A DNA stretch of 48,370 nucleotides, filler included, from Catajapyx aquilonaris (Eukaryota), in the NCBI GenBank assembly GCA_000934665.2. It is 2 parts of 2 records of this genome, joined end to end, with 100 filler letters (N's around TTAATTAATTAA, not from the genome) between each part and the next. Parts side by side here need not be neighbours in the genome. Positions count along the whole stretch, not along the records: positions 29,417 to 48,370 come from JYFJ02006569.1; 1 more part is not named here. The stretch is one strand, 5' to 3'. A program made the translations under genes and the position numbers. The stretch's first letter is position 1; each line of letters begins with the position of its first letter. The notes beneath the pieces were generated by a model. It was given only the letters and a program-made list of their open reading frames with translations. It ran no database searches and was not told where the DNA came from. Positions 35,476 through 47,273 of the stretch are shown here, in pieces.

Positions 35476-37389
35476 CATCAGCACTGATTTTTGCCTTGAA
35501 ATTGTGCTTTTCTCAGCGGATCCACTATGAGACACGTATAAAGTAAAACCTTGCATATAAATAAGTGGAAGGGTTACGGTATTTCGGGTTTTTCGAGTGG
35601 AAAATGATATAAATGCTTCAAATGTTCAAAATTTGATGTCCTTTTGAGTCAATCTTATGTAAAGAAAGTTTTAGCTGGGGTGTCGACTACTGGACCCAAA
35701 AACCGTTGATGTTCCAATCATCGACATCCCGTGTTGAACATTGGACATTAGGCCATACGCGACACTCGAGACCTCCCGAGACTGGGAAGCTAAAAAAAGA
35801 AGGGAATGCGGCGATGTGGCGAGAAAGTGGTATCATACATCTGCCAACATTTCACATCCCTTTGGGGCTGCCTCCTGCCTGATCGCCACGTGTTTACCAT
35901 TCGTGACCTACTTTGTGAATGGGAAGGTCATGAAAAAGTCAGCTGCGATTTTCAGTGTACAAGTGTTTTTAAAAAATTTAAAGTGCAGTTACTCAATATT
36001 CATCACTTATGTACAGTAAGTGTGATAATAATTATTGCAATGGATGATTATTCAAAATAAAATCTAATTACTCTATTAAGTTATGCTAACTCGACATGGC
36101 GCAAAACTTAACCTTCCCTGATGAGTTGACACAACAGCAGTAAATACGGAGTGTGTAGATTACTGGGACATGATTGGTGTCGATAACAGGGACAGTCATC
36201 ATTTTGGGTGTCGATAACTGGTGCATTTGCACACTCGCATATAAAAGCTTTTTGCGCAAAATTAACCTGCTTAATATGCCACGAATATGCACTGGATGAA
36301 AGAGAAAGTCTAGACGATTCGAATGTTATATTTTTCGAGGATTTCTTAAGCTAATTACCATGGAAAGAGTGTCCGACAGGGGGAGATAAAGAAAATTTGT
36401 CCCTTCTTCGAGTTCCAACTCTGGCCGAAAGAGGAGACACTCGATCCCACCCTCCCTACACAAAAGAAGGGTCGCGTTGACGGTTGACCATTATTCCCTC
36501 TAGGCACAATAAAAACCGTGAAAATTACAGGGTGCTAGTAGTTCTCAAATCAGTCAAATTTCGACAAAATTATTATTTGCCGAAAGGTTATACCTAAACA
36601 TAAAAATTGGCTTCAAAGGTCAGGAGCACTAATACGTTGCGCATTTTTGGGTGCTTGTTACGTCATCATTTAAAATTTCACGATGGTGTAAATTACTCTC
36701 ACATGCAAATGACTCTTAAAAATACTATATTAATAATATGGAAAAAGTACCACAAACATGTGTAAGAGAGAGGTCAGTTACACTTACACAGAAAAATTTA
36801 GGTTCTGCTGTTGTTAGTTAGCGAGAATTTTACTCCCAGATGCTCTTTATCCCCCCTTAACGTGTCGACCTCACTGGAAATTCGTTTCCATCCTGATAAA
36901 AATTCTCATGAAAATGTTGCTTTTCAAGAAACGAGCCAATGAGTTTGGCTGTAATTCACCTTTAAGACCTGAGTTAGGTGCAAATGCCTGTAGTGACCAA
37001 TAATTAGCCGATTGTTTCGTGAAGATATTATTTTCACTCCATAATAATAGCATAATTCGGGGCCGACATATTTTAGTTTCCGCAAACCCTTGAAATTGCA
37101 AAACATGCTCCGCCCTGTAAAACAAATATGGCCACCAAGCGAAACCAAAACAATAAAGGTCATACTAAACTACTAACATGTCGGGGTCAAGCTCTTTGGT
37201 CGGGGCGACATCAAAAATATAACTGAAAATTTGAAAAATCTAATACCACTGAAGATGGTATTCTTGTGAAAATTCACTCTGGCCAATTTCATTGTGGAGA
37301 AACCGAGGAGGTGATTTATGTCGTTTTATGTTAATACTGCCAGCCACAAAGAAACCCCAGTACATAATTTCAGGCTGAAATCTGCAAAA

Positions 37390-37655
37390 ATGCTTAAATC
37401 CATGGCCATTCGACGGAGACGATTTCAAATCAAGTTTCCGTTTGGAACGTTAACAAAGAAGACAGCTGTGTCTCCTATAAATGATTGTAACAGAGAGCTA
37501 GGCCTGACCTACAATCCATCACAAGCATGTTTAGCGGCAGAGGGTAAAAATGGCAAAGCTGCATTTCTATACTGGTGCATTAAGAACTATTGTGAAACCT
37601 GCTCACTTCACGGCTTGCAATATGTCATAGACGAAAAAAGTTACAAGATGGAAAG
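37390..37655 (+). CDS. DEG/ENaC gene A exon 1
   Basis: YCETCSLHGLQYV (HG motif); donor AG/gtaag; start chosen by alignment to paralogue B. Confidence 0.88.
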
Positions 37656-37980
37656 GTAAGCATTTCTTGAAAAGTTATATATAATAATGACAAAAGTGTG
37701 AATTTGTTTGACCATAAATTATCCTAGAATTAGACCTACTGATTCGCAATATTAACCGATTATTTTATTTGAACATTTATACTTTGGAGTGTGGTCGAAA
37801 ATGGTTTCAAATAATATTGATTTTTATATATCTTAATAATAATAATTATGTTCTGAATTTCTTGTTCCTTGTTCCTTTTCCCTTTGACATGAGTGACATT
37901 TTAAAAATGGTAAAGCCACATCAAGCCATATGAAACTCATGTCTCGGTCAACACTATGCGGCTTGTTTATATGTTCGCAG

Positions 37981-38190
37981 AGTTTTCTGGCTTTTTTGCA
38001 TCATGGTTTCAATAACTGGAGCAACATTGTTTGCAAAACCTCTCTTCGTCAAGTACTACAACGCTCACATTTTGACAACTATAGAAAACACAGGGGAACA
38101 TATCTGGAATATAGCATTTCCAGCAGTAACAATATGCAACGTCAACAAAGCGATGAGTTCTAAAGTTGCCGAGATAGCTAAAGAAGACCC
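37981..38190 (+). CDS. DEG/ENaC gene A exon 2 (TM1)
   Basis: RVFWLFCIMVSITGATLF...FPAVTICNVN; canonical splice sites. Confidence 0.93.
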
Positions 38191-38276
38191 GTAAGTTAAT
38201 ACTAACTTTTACGTGTGCCGGTTCATTTATTTACAGAACGAGGCGTTGCAGTAATTAATATTTTTTAAAAAACTAG

Positions 38277-38434
38277 GTGGTCTAAGTATCACCTGGACGT
38301 AATGAGGGCAGTAGTGGATGGGATTGCCCAGTTGGGCCAGATTCCAGTGGATGAAGTTCACTCTTTCAATAGTGCGGTGAAAGAAGTCATTGATACTAAC
38401 TTATCCTCATCTCATAGGGCATTTGATGGAAAAT
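38277..38434 (+). CDS. DEG/ENaC gene A exon 3 (carries 4-nt insertion)
   Basis: WSKYHLDVMRAVVDGIAQLGQIPVDEVHSFN aligns with paralogue B exon 3. Confidence 0.85.
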
Positions 38435-38505
38435 GTAAATCTAATAATGATTATTATCATCATCCCTATTACTGTATTACTACTATTGATACTAAGTTTA
38501 TACCG

Positions 38506-38543
<38 letters not shown>

Positions 38544-38597
38544 AATAATATCACAATCATCAGCAACAATATTAATTATAGGCATATTTTTCATCAG

Positions 38598-38749
38598 GTG
38601 ATGCACCCAATTGATCGAATGTTGGTTAGGTGTTGGTGGATTGGACACGAAAATAACTGTTCACAGCTTTTCGAATTGAAGAAAACTGATGAAGGATACT
38701 GTTGGGGATTTAATTCAATTAACATGCGATCTCATATCTGCAAGGACAG
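38598..38749 (+). CDS. DEG/ENaC gene A exon 4
   Basis: VMHPIDRMLVRCWWIGHENNCSQLFELKKTDEGYCWGFNS (T..G.C..FN motif). Confidence 0.9.
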
Positions 38750-38826
38750 GTAATTTTCTTGCTCTGTAGAGGCACATCGTAACACTAGCTGAAAGCTGTC
38801 TTCGTCAGGCCCCATGCAAGGCTATA

Positions 38827-39137
38827 AGCTGCTCTTACATGTGGGCGATTTGATCGGCGATGTCATCGACTCATCGCATCGCAGAGCCATGAAATCCGAA
38901 TGAAAGCAGTGATTTGGGCCGAAAGTAGCAATCCCATTTAAGAAGGGAGGGAATCGGCGATGACATCGCTCAGGCCTGTTTGAAATAGACGATGGCGATG
39001 ACATCGCCCCACATCGCCGGCTTGTAAACACACGGGCGATGTAGTATAAGTGCTATCGCTTGCGTCATGATGTCAGAACCGCTACAACTGACGGGCGATG
39101 ACATCGCCGATCAAATCGCCCACATGTAAACGCGGCT
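38827..39137. mobile_element. PIF/Harbinger-like MITE, copy 2 (intron 4 of gene A)
   Basis: Colinear with 22825-23106; TIR core TTACATGTGGGCGATTTGATCGGCGATGTCATCG. Confidence 0.8.
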
Positions 39138-39319
39138 ATGGAACTGACTTGTGAGTTGAATGAAAAGGTCTGTGACACTAAAACACTGTTCGTGTCATTA
39201 TTGGAGAAAATGTGACACCAAGAACGTGATGTTAATCACTAAATGATAAGTACCGTAGATTTCAGTTGGAACACGCTGTACAGTATAGACCTATATCTTA
39301 TGTGTCTCTTATGGTATAG

Positions 39320-39554
39320 GATCAAGGACGAAATTTACGACTGGGACACTGACAGCAGCTTGATAAAGATGGAGACATCGAAGGCACTCAAGAGTTCATA
39401 CTCAGGTGTAACTGGAACTGTTTTGCTCAAACCTGAAAAAGACTTCAAAGCCCGAGCCGTGTTCGGTTCTGGTCCGATCATGGGATTGACCGTCTTGCTC
39501 AATCCAGACCAGGCCGAATATTTCGCCAATACTGACAACATATACGGATTTAAG
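39320..39554 (+). CDS. DEG/ENaC gene A exon 5
   Basis: GSGPIMGLTVLLNPDQAEY...YGFK; phases fit. Confidence 0.9.
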
Positions 39555-39643
39555 GTATTGTGGAAAATAATGAAGTCGAATTTAATATTTAACATTATAA
39601 CAATACTGGTACTTGTTTTTTTTTTGAAACATTACCTGTATAG

Positions 39644-39923
39644 GTACTCATTCACGACCCGATGGATTTTCCTGACATCGGTACAAAAGGATTTCTACTC
39701 AATTCGGGAAATGAGATGTATGCTGCATTGACTGCGACAAGTACCACAAGCACAGATCGTGTCAAGAGCATCGATCCCCAAAGGAGGACTTGCCGTTATG
39801 ATGAGGAACAAGAATTGTTATTATACAATACGTACAGCGAAGCAAACTGTCTCCTAGATTGCAAAATCTATTCAATGCAAAAAACTTGCAACTGCATACC
39901 TTATATTTTCTTTATCGAGGGGG
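39644..39923 (+). CDS. DEG/ENaC gene A exon 6
   Basis: VLIHDPMDFP...RRTCRYDEE...YSEANCLLDC...CNCIPY, the cysteine-rich domain. Confidence 0.93.
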
Positions 39924-40056
39924 GTAAGTGAAGTAAATTTTGTGCAATTTCTTTGGATAAAATGCAATACCTTCAAGACAGTTTGTCCGTTATTGAAATA
40001 GGCATCCATTCCACGTTCATGTAGGTTAGTAGTCCTTGCAGTCGCTACAATGTATA

Positions 40057-40483
40057 CAGGGTGTATCTGAACTCAGTGCCCCGACGTATATGACTGCCTT
40101 CCTATAGCCACCAGAGGATCGATTTAAGTATAGGAGTCATTATGTCTGGCCGCCGCATTACTGAGATAATTGGCCGCAAACATGTAGTACAAAATATCCT
40201 GTCGGTTAGGCCACCCATCGAACCCTCCCCCAGTCAGAAGGCTCTGGAAGGTCTGGGGGCGGGACTTTGTTGGTTTGTTGCCCACAGGTGGTAAGGCCTC
40301 TTTGGCTAGTTACACCAGAAAATTCTATTTAAAAGTCAGAAGGAGCGATTAGGCAAAAATCGCTAAAGAGTGTATCTCAGTAATGAGGCTGCCCAGACAT
40401 AATGACTCCTCTACATAAGTTGATCCTCTGGTGGCTAGGAAGGCAGTCATATACGTCGGGGCACTGAGTTCAGATACACCCTG
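40057..40483. mobile_element. Tc1/mariner-type MITE (intron 6 of gene A)
   Basis: TA TSD; TIR CAGGGTGTATCTGAACTCAGTGCCCCGACG..., ~110 bp. Confidence 0.92.
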
Positions 40484-40791
40484 TATAATATACTGTACTA
40501 TTGGCAGTGTACGGTACAGTACACCACCTACCGTATTTTACCTGGTACCTCGTTGATTTCCCCCCTAAAGCAACAAAAGGGACAGTACAGTACATAATCT
40601 GAGGAATCTGGGATATTATTAATTACCTTGTGAACTATACGGTAGATTTAGCAATAAACAACGTATGATATACGTATATGGTACCATAAGTATAACTGTA
40701 GTTGAGCAATATAAGTATTCAGCGTGTTGCCACGTATCTGTATAGGCCTACTAATGATAGTAATGAACTATGCATACTTTATTTATTGAAG

Positions 40792-40845
40792 GAAATATGA
40801 AGCTGTGCCAGTATGAAGGAACAACATGCATTAATAATAACACAA
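40792..40845 (+). CDS. DEG/ENaC gene A exon 7
   Basis: NMKLCQYEGTTCINNNT; phase 1 to phase 1. Confidence 0.85.
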
Positions 40846-40909
40846 GTAAGTTATTTCTAACGGAGTTATGAAACTCTAACAGTTAATTTTATTGCATTCA
40901 TTATCGTAG

Positions 40910-41090
40910 GAAAATTCTCCTCAATACAACCAAAAGACGATGATCTACAAAACGACGACGATGCCATGGCAGGATGCAAGTGTGAAAAAGATTGCGACGA
41001 AGCTTTCTACTTACCGCAAATTACTACTGCCAATTTTCCTGTCAAACCCGAGGATATATCTTTGCCCAACGGGAAGACAAACATCTCAAA
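40910..41090 (+). CDS. DEG/ENaC gene A exon 8
   Basis: GCKCEKDCDEAFY (CxCxxxC motif). Confidence 0.88.
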
Positions 41091-41170
41091 GTAAGACTAT
41101 GATTTAAAAAATTAGTTTTTTTGTCACTGAAAAGTGCAATATTAATTTACATTCTGCAATAATAATATAG

Positions 41171-41262
41171 AGACACACTGTCGATGTTGCGGGTGTACTT
41201 CAAAGAGCTAGGCTTCGTCAAATACCGTCGGGATCTTCTCTATACATGGAATGATCTCCTTG
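41171..41262 (+). CDS. DEG/ENaC gene A exon 9
   Basis: LSMLRVYFKELGFVKYRRDLLYTWNDLL. Confidence 0.9.
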
Positions 41263-41337
41263 GTATGATGACCCCGAATCGAAGATGATGACCAAATTAT
41301 ACATAATTATATTGTACCTATTTTTTACATTATTCAG

Positions 41338-41516
41338 GTGCTTTTGGTGGGATGGTTAGCCTGTTCATCGGATTCAGTTTCATCAGTGTCTTGGAAATTT
41401 TCTACTACTTCATCATTCGGCCTATCATTCACTTTCGAGACTTTTTCCCACCAAATGGAAAACAACTAGGGAATGCCACTAATGAAGGTGACAGAATGAG
41501 TGTCTCGAGAAGATAA
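41338..41516 (+). CDS. DEG/ENaC gene A exon 10 (TM2, GxS filter, stop)
   Basis: GAFGGMVSLFIGFSFISVLEIFYYFIIRP...SRR*. Confidence 0.92.
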
Positions 41517-42622
41517 AACGTCACCAAATAACAACATCGTAGGGATTTAGCACCATTCACTCGTGCTACCCTATGAACAGAGACAACCTTATGACATGTC
41601 TGAAGAAGCAGGTATATAGCCCAAATGGAAAATAATACAGATGAAAAATGAACAATATTTGGATTGACTTAATACTACTTATTTTTATTTGCAGCTTGCT
41701 GGCACTCGGAAAACTCCAATTCAATTTGGGAGTTTACAAAGTGTCAAAGAGCCGCAATAAGTATTCATTTATTTCTCGCAAAGTACGACGATTTCAGCAA
41801 ATTCGTCTTGCACAGTATACTCAAGGTTTTGTTCCGTATATTTTAGCGTAGTTCATAATTAAATCAACCTAATAGTTGGCCGGTAATACTCTAATTTCGA
41901 GTTTTTAAGGCGTTTAAGTTTTTAATCTTTTTGGAAATTAATTTAGGGACTTCTAGAGGAGTAAAATAGTTCGAAGGACATTCATAGTGTTTTCCATGAA
42001 TGGGTAAATATAGCTGTTATTATTTTTTTGTAAATTATCTTGTGTGTAACTTCAGAGTAGGCGTAAGCTAAAATCTAGGCGTTTTTGGCCTAGTTGGTAG
42101 CGAAGGGGTTACTTACAAGTGAGATAATTAGCATTAATAAAACCACCCATGCCACAAATACAGCCTGCTACACCTAATTACGGTAGATTATACGAGTAGT
42201 TACACTAAAACTTCATCGTAATGCCTAATTTGAAATTTAAAATGCAAAGCATTGCTTAGGGACGACTACCTGCCAGGGTATTTTACGTGTCATGTTTGAA
42301 ACAAATTATTGTCCGCCCTTGTTATTCGTGGACTGAAAATACGCGGTATAAAGATTTAATAAAATATGAAGTTTAAAAAATCCAGCACGTATTTTAATAC
42401 AATACAGTACTGATGTATTGTTATAACCATCATATTAATTTTTATTTATTTAGTTTTTGTCAATGTCTTAATGTGAAGTTGATCTCTAGTCAAGTCTCGA
42501 CACAAGATTCGGGGCTTCATTTACCTTCGGACATATTTTTGGGCATGCGCGACTACCCCGTCCCCCGCCTGGAATCTTCAACTTGGACAAAGTAACATCC
42601 TATATTATTTTAATGCCTATAG

Positions 42623-42740
42623 CCTCCTGAGACCCCTGGTACAGTATACTGTACCTTTGTTTTTTCCAGCACCTTCTGACTAACTCAAACGCGTAAAAAA
42701 AACAAAGGTGATTGAAAGGTGTACTAGGGGTCTCAGGAGG
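42623..42740. mobile_element. 118-bp MITE, CCTCCTGAGACC family
   Basis: CCTCCTGAGACCCCT...AGGGGTCTCAGGAGG flanked by ATAG/ATAG. Confidence 0.8.
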
Positions 42741-43360
42741 ATAGTACCCTAGAGAAGGTTATTTCTCTTGAAAGTACAAAAAGTGTATGCATCGTCAACG
42801 AAAGTGTCACAGTTTTGTGACGCATGTGGCAATACAGCCATTGATTACGGTGTCACCCTGGGAGTCGTATATCCACCTCCCCATATTATTCTGACCATCC
42901 TGCCTGGTCCCTTGGGTGAAAGCGTGTGTGCTTAAACTGTTGTCATTTTGCTATCTGCCAAGAACAATCTAACTCTTGTCATTGGAGAAGTGCGATTAAT
43001 GCATATAGTTGAAATTCTTGGAATTCTTGCAACCACCAATCCCAGAGAACCTGCTTGCATTATTTGATACAGTACTTCTTCACTTTGAATAATGAGATTA
43101 CTTGCTATAAATCTACTAATATACCCCTCCCCTCACTTGCCGTGTGACAGCAAAGTATAGTAGTTCTTCAGATCCCAGATATCATTCACCCTACTTCACG
43201 AATTATATTCACACTCAGCACTGGATTATATACTTGCCGTTCACAGATCCACATTTAATTCCAACCCTGGTTTACATGCGAGCAGCAAAATATTCACTTG
43301 CACACATGAACTTGTCATTCCTTCACGAGGGATAGGTGTGCATTTTAAAATATTGATAAA

Positions 43361-43432
43361 AGGCAACACTATAAGGTAGTATGATTTGTAACGGGCTTAA
43401 GTTACAAATCATACTACCTTATAGTGTTGCCT
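43361..43432. repeat. Perfect 32-bp stem hairpin
   Basis: AGGCAACACTATAAGGTAGTATGATTTGTAAC, loop GGGCTTAA, then the exact reverse complement. Confidence 0.92.
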
Positions 43433-44432
43433 ATAATAATAATTATAAAAAAGTCCTACCTAGGAGTCAAAAATATATCTTTGCCTGCAAGATATTCCTG
43501 TTCATATTAAACCTTTATGAGTAATCCAGTAGTTGTTTAAATAATAATGCGAATGTTGATTAATACAGCACATCGCCTGCCTCTGTTGTAGGTCGATCAC
43601 GCAAAGGGTGAAACCTTGTCGTGTATACGCCACTTACCTCATCGGTTATGATATACAGTGCCTTCAATATTCAGCGGACAACAGTCATACTCCTATACAG
43701 TAGAAGTGTTGGCGTGCGATGTACTGTAGTTTCTTTTTATATTTGCTGTTTCTTGGGATTGTTGTTTGCTGACACATTCACAGGGTTAGGACACTGCTAT
43801 ACAGTCATGTAAGTATACTGCCCGTAAGCATATAAATGTCCAGGACATAATATTATTTACAACTCACTTATTTATAAACATATTCTATGTTGCTTAATAG
43901 TTCATCAGGAGATTAGTGTTAATCATTAGATTCAGGTAAATGTGGTTTACCAGGATTCAAGAAAGAGAAAACATCTAGAGTTTGCTACTAAATAAATGTC
44001 AACTCCTATCCGTAAAGGGAACAAAAAATGAAGACCTGCAATTCAAAACGATCACTATATCACTGACTGATTAGAGAGCTGGGATTTTGAAGTTGGAAGA
44101 TCCCTAGTGGCATGAATTTCGACAAAAACTTCTCAACAGATGTCTGTAATATATAGGCCTATATTATTAAATATTGAATAAATAATCAAATATGTCAGTC
44201 TACTTTGCTATTTGGATCAACTAAACCATGGTCTAAACCTGAGAGGAATATTCGTGTATGGAATCAAAACTGTTCCAATAAAAACACATGTTGGGCCACA
44301 TTAATTATCAACCGCAATGTCGGCCAAAAAGTTGCAGAAAGAGGATGATCTCTAATCCAAGCGTAGCCCAGTTCAAGCATCTATAACTGATGAGTTATTT
44401 CATTTTTAGCGTGGATATCAAGAAAGCATAAT

Positions 44433-44674
44433 ATGTTTAAGACTGGCAGATCCCCTGGGATAACCTTTCCATTTGGCTCTCTAAGACGAATCACAGTCGC
44501 ACCTTTGAATGAGTTTGGACGTCTAACTGACAATGATTCGATCCAGACTAGCTTAAGTCATGCTAAGCGCAGCAAGGCAGCATTTGCATACTGGTGCATT
44601 AAAAACTACTGCGACAATACTTCACTGCATGGAATGAAATTTATTACTGACGAGAAGAGCTACAAATTAGAAAG
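44433..44674 (+). CDS. DEG/ENaC (pickpocket-family) gene B exon 1
   Basis: KAAFAYWCIKNYCDNTSLHGMKFITDEKSYKLER; donor AG/gtgagc at the same position as in gene A. Confidence 0.9.
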
Positions 44675-45087
44675 GTGAGCCGGTTGCACAAGTGAAAGGT
44701 AAATCAGTTAACTATCATAATCATAAAATATCTCAAATATGAATTATTTATTTCACTTTTTGATTCGCTTTCATAAATAAGCATTAAATGATACCCATAT
44801 GGTCGTATTTCGTAAAGCAGCGCCTGACACTCACCAAGGCCAATATCAAACACTAACAAGAAATATTAGGTTGAATACCAAATATCGGTACCGTTTGAAA
44901 AGTTCACGTTCTAAATCTTATGTACACATACCTAGTATCTACAATATTAACCCTTTTTACAGCCCTCATATAAACAGAGTGCTCAGCATTACATTATTAT
45001 TTTGGTCCTATTCTATTTTGTATCAACTGCAGATAATCGCGTAATTTTCATTTTGTGAGTACTTTTATCACCATCAACTTTTTTCAG

Positions 45088-45297
45088 AATATTTTGGCTT
45101 CTGTGCATCATCACAACTGTTATTGGAGCCATCTTATTCTTGAAACCTCTTTTGACAAAATATTCCGAGGGGCACATCCTAACTACAGTGGAATCAACTG
45201 GGGCACCAATATGGAAAATAGCATTTCCAGGAATAACAATCTGCAATATCAACAAGGCCATGACCTCCAAGATATTAGAGCAAGCAAAGACACCTCC
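45088..45297 (+). CDS. DEG/ENaC gene B exon 2 (TM1)
   Basis: RIFWLLCIITTVIGAILF...FPGITICNIN; 210 nt, as in gene A. Confidence 0.92.
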
Positions 45298-45432
45298 GTA
45301 AAGTTCAAGCAGTACATTTGATGGGCCTGGTGGAGAAACGTGACAACCCTCATTTTTGTCATTTTTGATCTGAACACCTAGACATGACAAACAGTTTGGT
45401 ATGCCTTGTGGTATGCTCAAAGTTCACGCATA

Positions 45433-45873
45433 GGGCCGTTTACACGAGGAAACTTGTCAACCCAACTAGTTTGGAAACCATCTTTCGTTCAATTTTACAC
45501 TAATTATTTTCTACAAACACCGTGCAGGGATGGGTAAGGATAGGGATTTATAGGGGAGGGGACACAGGTGCAAGTGCAATGTCAGAAAATGGTCATGTGC
45601 ACTTGTGCAGTCCCGCAGGAGGCTAGGATGCCAAGACGCCTCCTATAGGCGCGGGCCAGAGACCCACTGACGCAGGCGAAAGAGAAATCCCGGGCGGTCA
45701 TCGAACCTGGGACCTTCCGCTGAGCAAGCCGAGACGTTACCATCTTGCCACCACACCTCCTCCACTAGGGAATCCATCTTGAAAGTTAGAGGTTGGGTTA
45801 GGGGCGAGAAGCTGGTCACGTGGGTTTTGGACCCAACTAGTTTCCCAACTAAGTTTTCTAATTTAAACGGCCC
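45433..45873. mobile_element. Harbinger-like MITE containing a SINE
   Basis: GGGCCGTTTA ... TAAACGGCCC termini with CCAACTAGTT subterminal motifs. Confidence 0.65.
45530..45760 (-). mobile_element. tRNA-derived SINE of a second family
   Basis: Minus-strand GGAGGTGTGGTGGCAAGATGGTAACG...GGTTCGATGAC (A and B boxes); 3' limit approximate. Confidence 0.7.
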
Positions 45874-46065
45874 TATACCTGCACGATACGGCAACAACGG
45901 ACTCTCTCTGATTTGACCATTCTCTGATTTGTGAAGAGAGCGAAAACTTCAATATTGGCTCTCCTGAAAAATTACAATTTTGAGGTTTGTCACGTTTTCG
46001 TACCCCACCCCTCATTTATACTTACTTTAATTATTATTTTGAGTAACAAATTAATTTAATTTCAG

Positions 46066-46219
46066 ATGGTCCAATTACAACCTACTGGTGATTGAGGAGT
46101 TAGTTGACATAATGGCTCAACTTGGGCACATTCCAGTGGATGACGTTCACCCTTTCAATGCTTCCGTGAAGGATGCCATTGATACATACCAGCATTACAT
46201 AAATTTATTGATGAAAAAT
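46066..46219 (+). CDS. DEG/ENaC gene B exon 3; gene presumably continues beyond the window
   Basis: WSNYNLLVIEELVDIMAQLGHIPVDDVHPFNASVKDAIDTYQHYINLLMKN; phase-0 donor gtgaga. Confidence 0.88.
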
Positions 46220-46933
46220 GTGAGAGTCACCAACATATTCCTTGCATCTGCCCATAGGCGTTAGACCGACAGTATCAGTATAAGAAATTGTCAATTATCA
46301 GGCAAATCTTGCAAATTCATAATCATAGTACCGTTATAATACATTCCTGTAAATATAATAGTAGTGGAAGCGGGCCTTTATAGTCATGGAATTTCCAATG
46401 ATGGATCTTCAAAGTCTGATAATGTTACAGACATCTCCGTGCACTTCGTAAACTTGAAGCGAATAGGGTCATTCCACTACAACTGAGTCAATTTTGGCAA
46501 AATCTGTGGCTCGATTTGCAGGATTTTTTTTGAATGAAAAATAAAGAAGGATATACTTGTAATACACAAGAAATGATGTCAAAAAAAGGAGTTTCAAAAT
46601 TTTGCCCCCGATATACCGGTATGTCATCGCTGTTTCAAAATGGTTCCTAGAGCAGATTCAGCATTTCGCCAACAATTGAAGGGTCGCCCCAAATAATGTT
46701 GTAAGTGATTATTGTAACCCATGTCACTTACAACATAATTCGCGGCGACCCTTCAATTTTCTTGCGGTGATAATTGCAGCAGTCATGCACTCACATACCA
46801 TATACAGTATATAAAATTTCAGGGAATGGCATAAAGAATCGTGTAATAATATTATACTGTATAATTATGTTGGGTAGGTGTTAGAGATTATCCGAGATTA
46901 TCCATACCGTCAATTGAGGTGAGATGGTACCAG

Positions 46934-47106
46934 GTGGAGTGAGATTGTGCCAGCGCATTTTTGGACAACAGTGCGCCCTACTGGCAGCAAGCGAATTAAG
47001 GCATGTTTTACTACATTGAGGGATGGTCAAGGTTGGAAATGACGAGCAAAATTCGCGGCAGGACGCACTGCTGCTCAAAAAATGCGCTTGCGCAATCTCA
47101 CCCACC
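46934..47106. mobile_element. Small diverged hairpin MITE
   Basis: GGTGGAGTGAGATTGTGCCAGCGCATTTTT ... AAAAAATGCGCTTGCGCAATCTCACCCACC. Confidence 0.6.
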
Positions 47107-47273
47107 AAGTCACTTTATACTGCATACTTGTATAGCAACTGGATCAGAGACAAGGAAAATGGAACACTTTATCACCTTGGTAAAGAGGTATGATCCCTAC
47201 ATGAGTAACAGGCAAGTGCAGTCTGAAATCTGAAAAATAGACTCTTTTAATGAGAAAAAATCTGGGGTCAATA

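Larger units (their letters stand above)
37390..41516 (+). pseudogene. DEG/ENaC (pickpocket-family) sodium channel gene A, 10 exons, frameshifted in exon 3 in this assembly
   Basis: All GT-AG junctions are phase-compatible except exon 3 to exon 4; exon 3 is 158 nt versus 154 nt in paralogue B. Confidence refers to pseudogene status; family identity is secure. Confidence 0.6.

Noticed and set aside
36110..36160. Hammerhead ribozyme at CTGATGAG (also 9840 and 44387)
   Set aside because: No stem II plus GAAA core with flanking stems seen.
38302..38601. ORF with a poly-Leu transmembrane-like tail
   Set aside because: Read-through into intron 3; the Leu run is a (TTA)n microsatellite.
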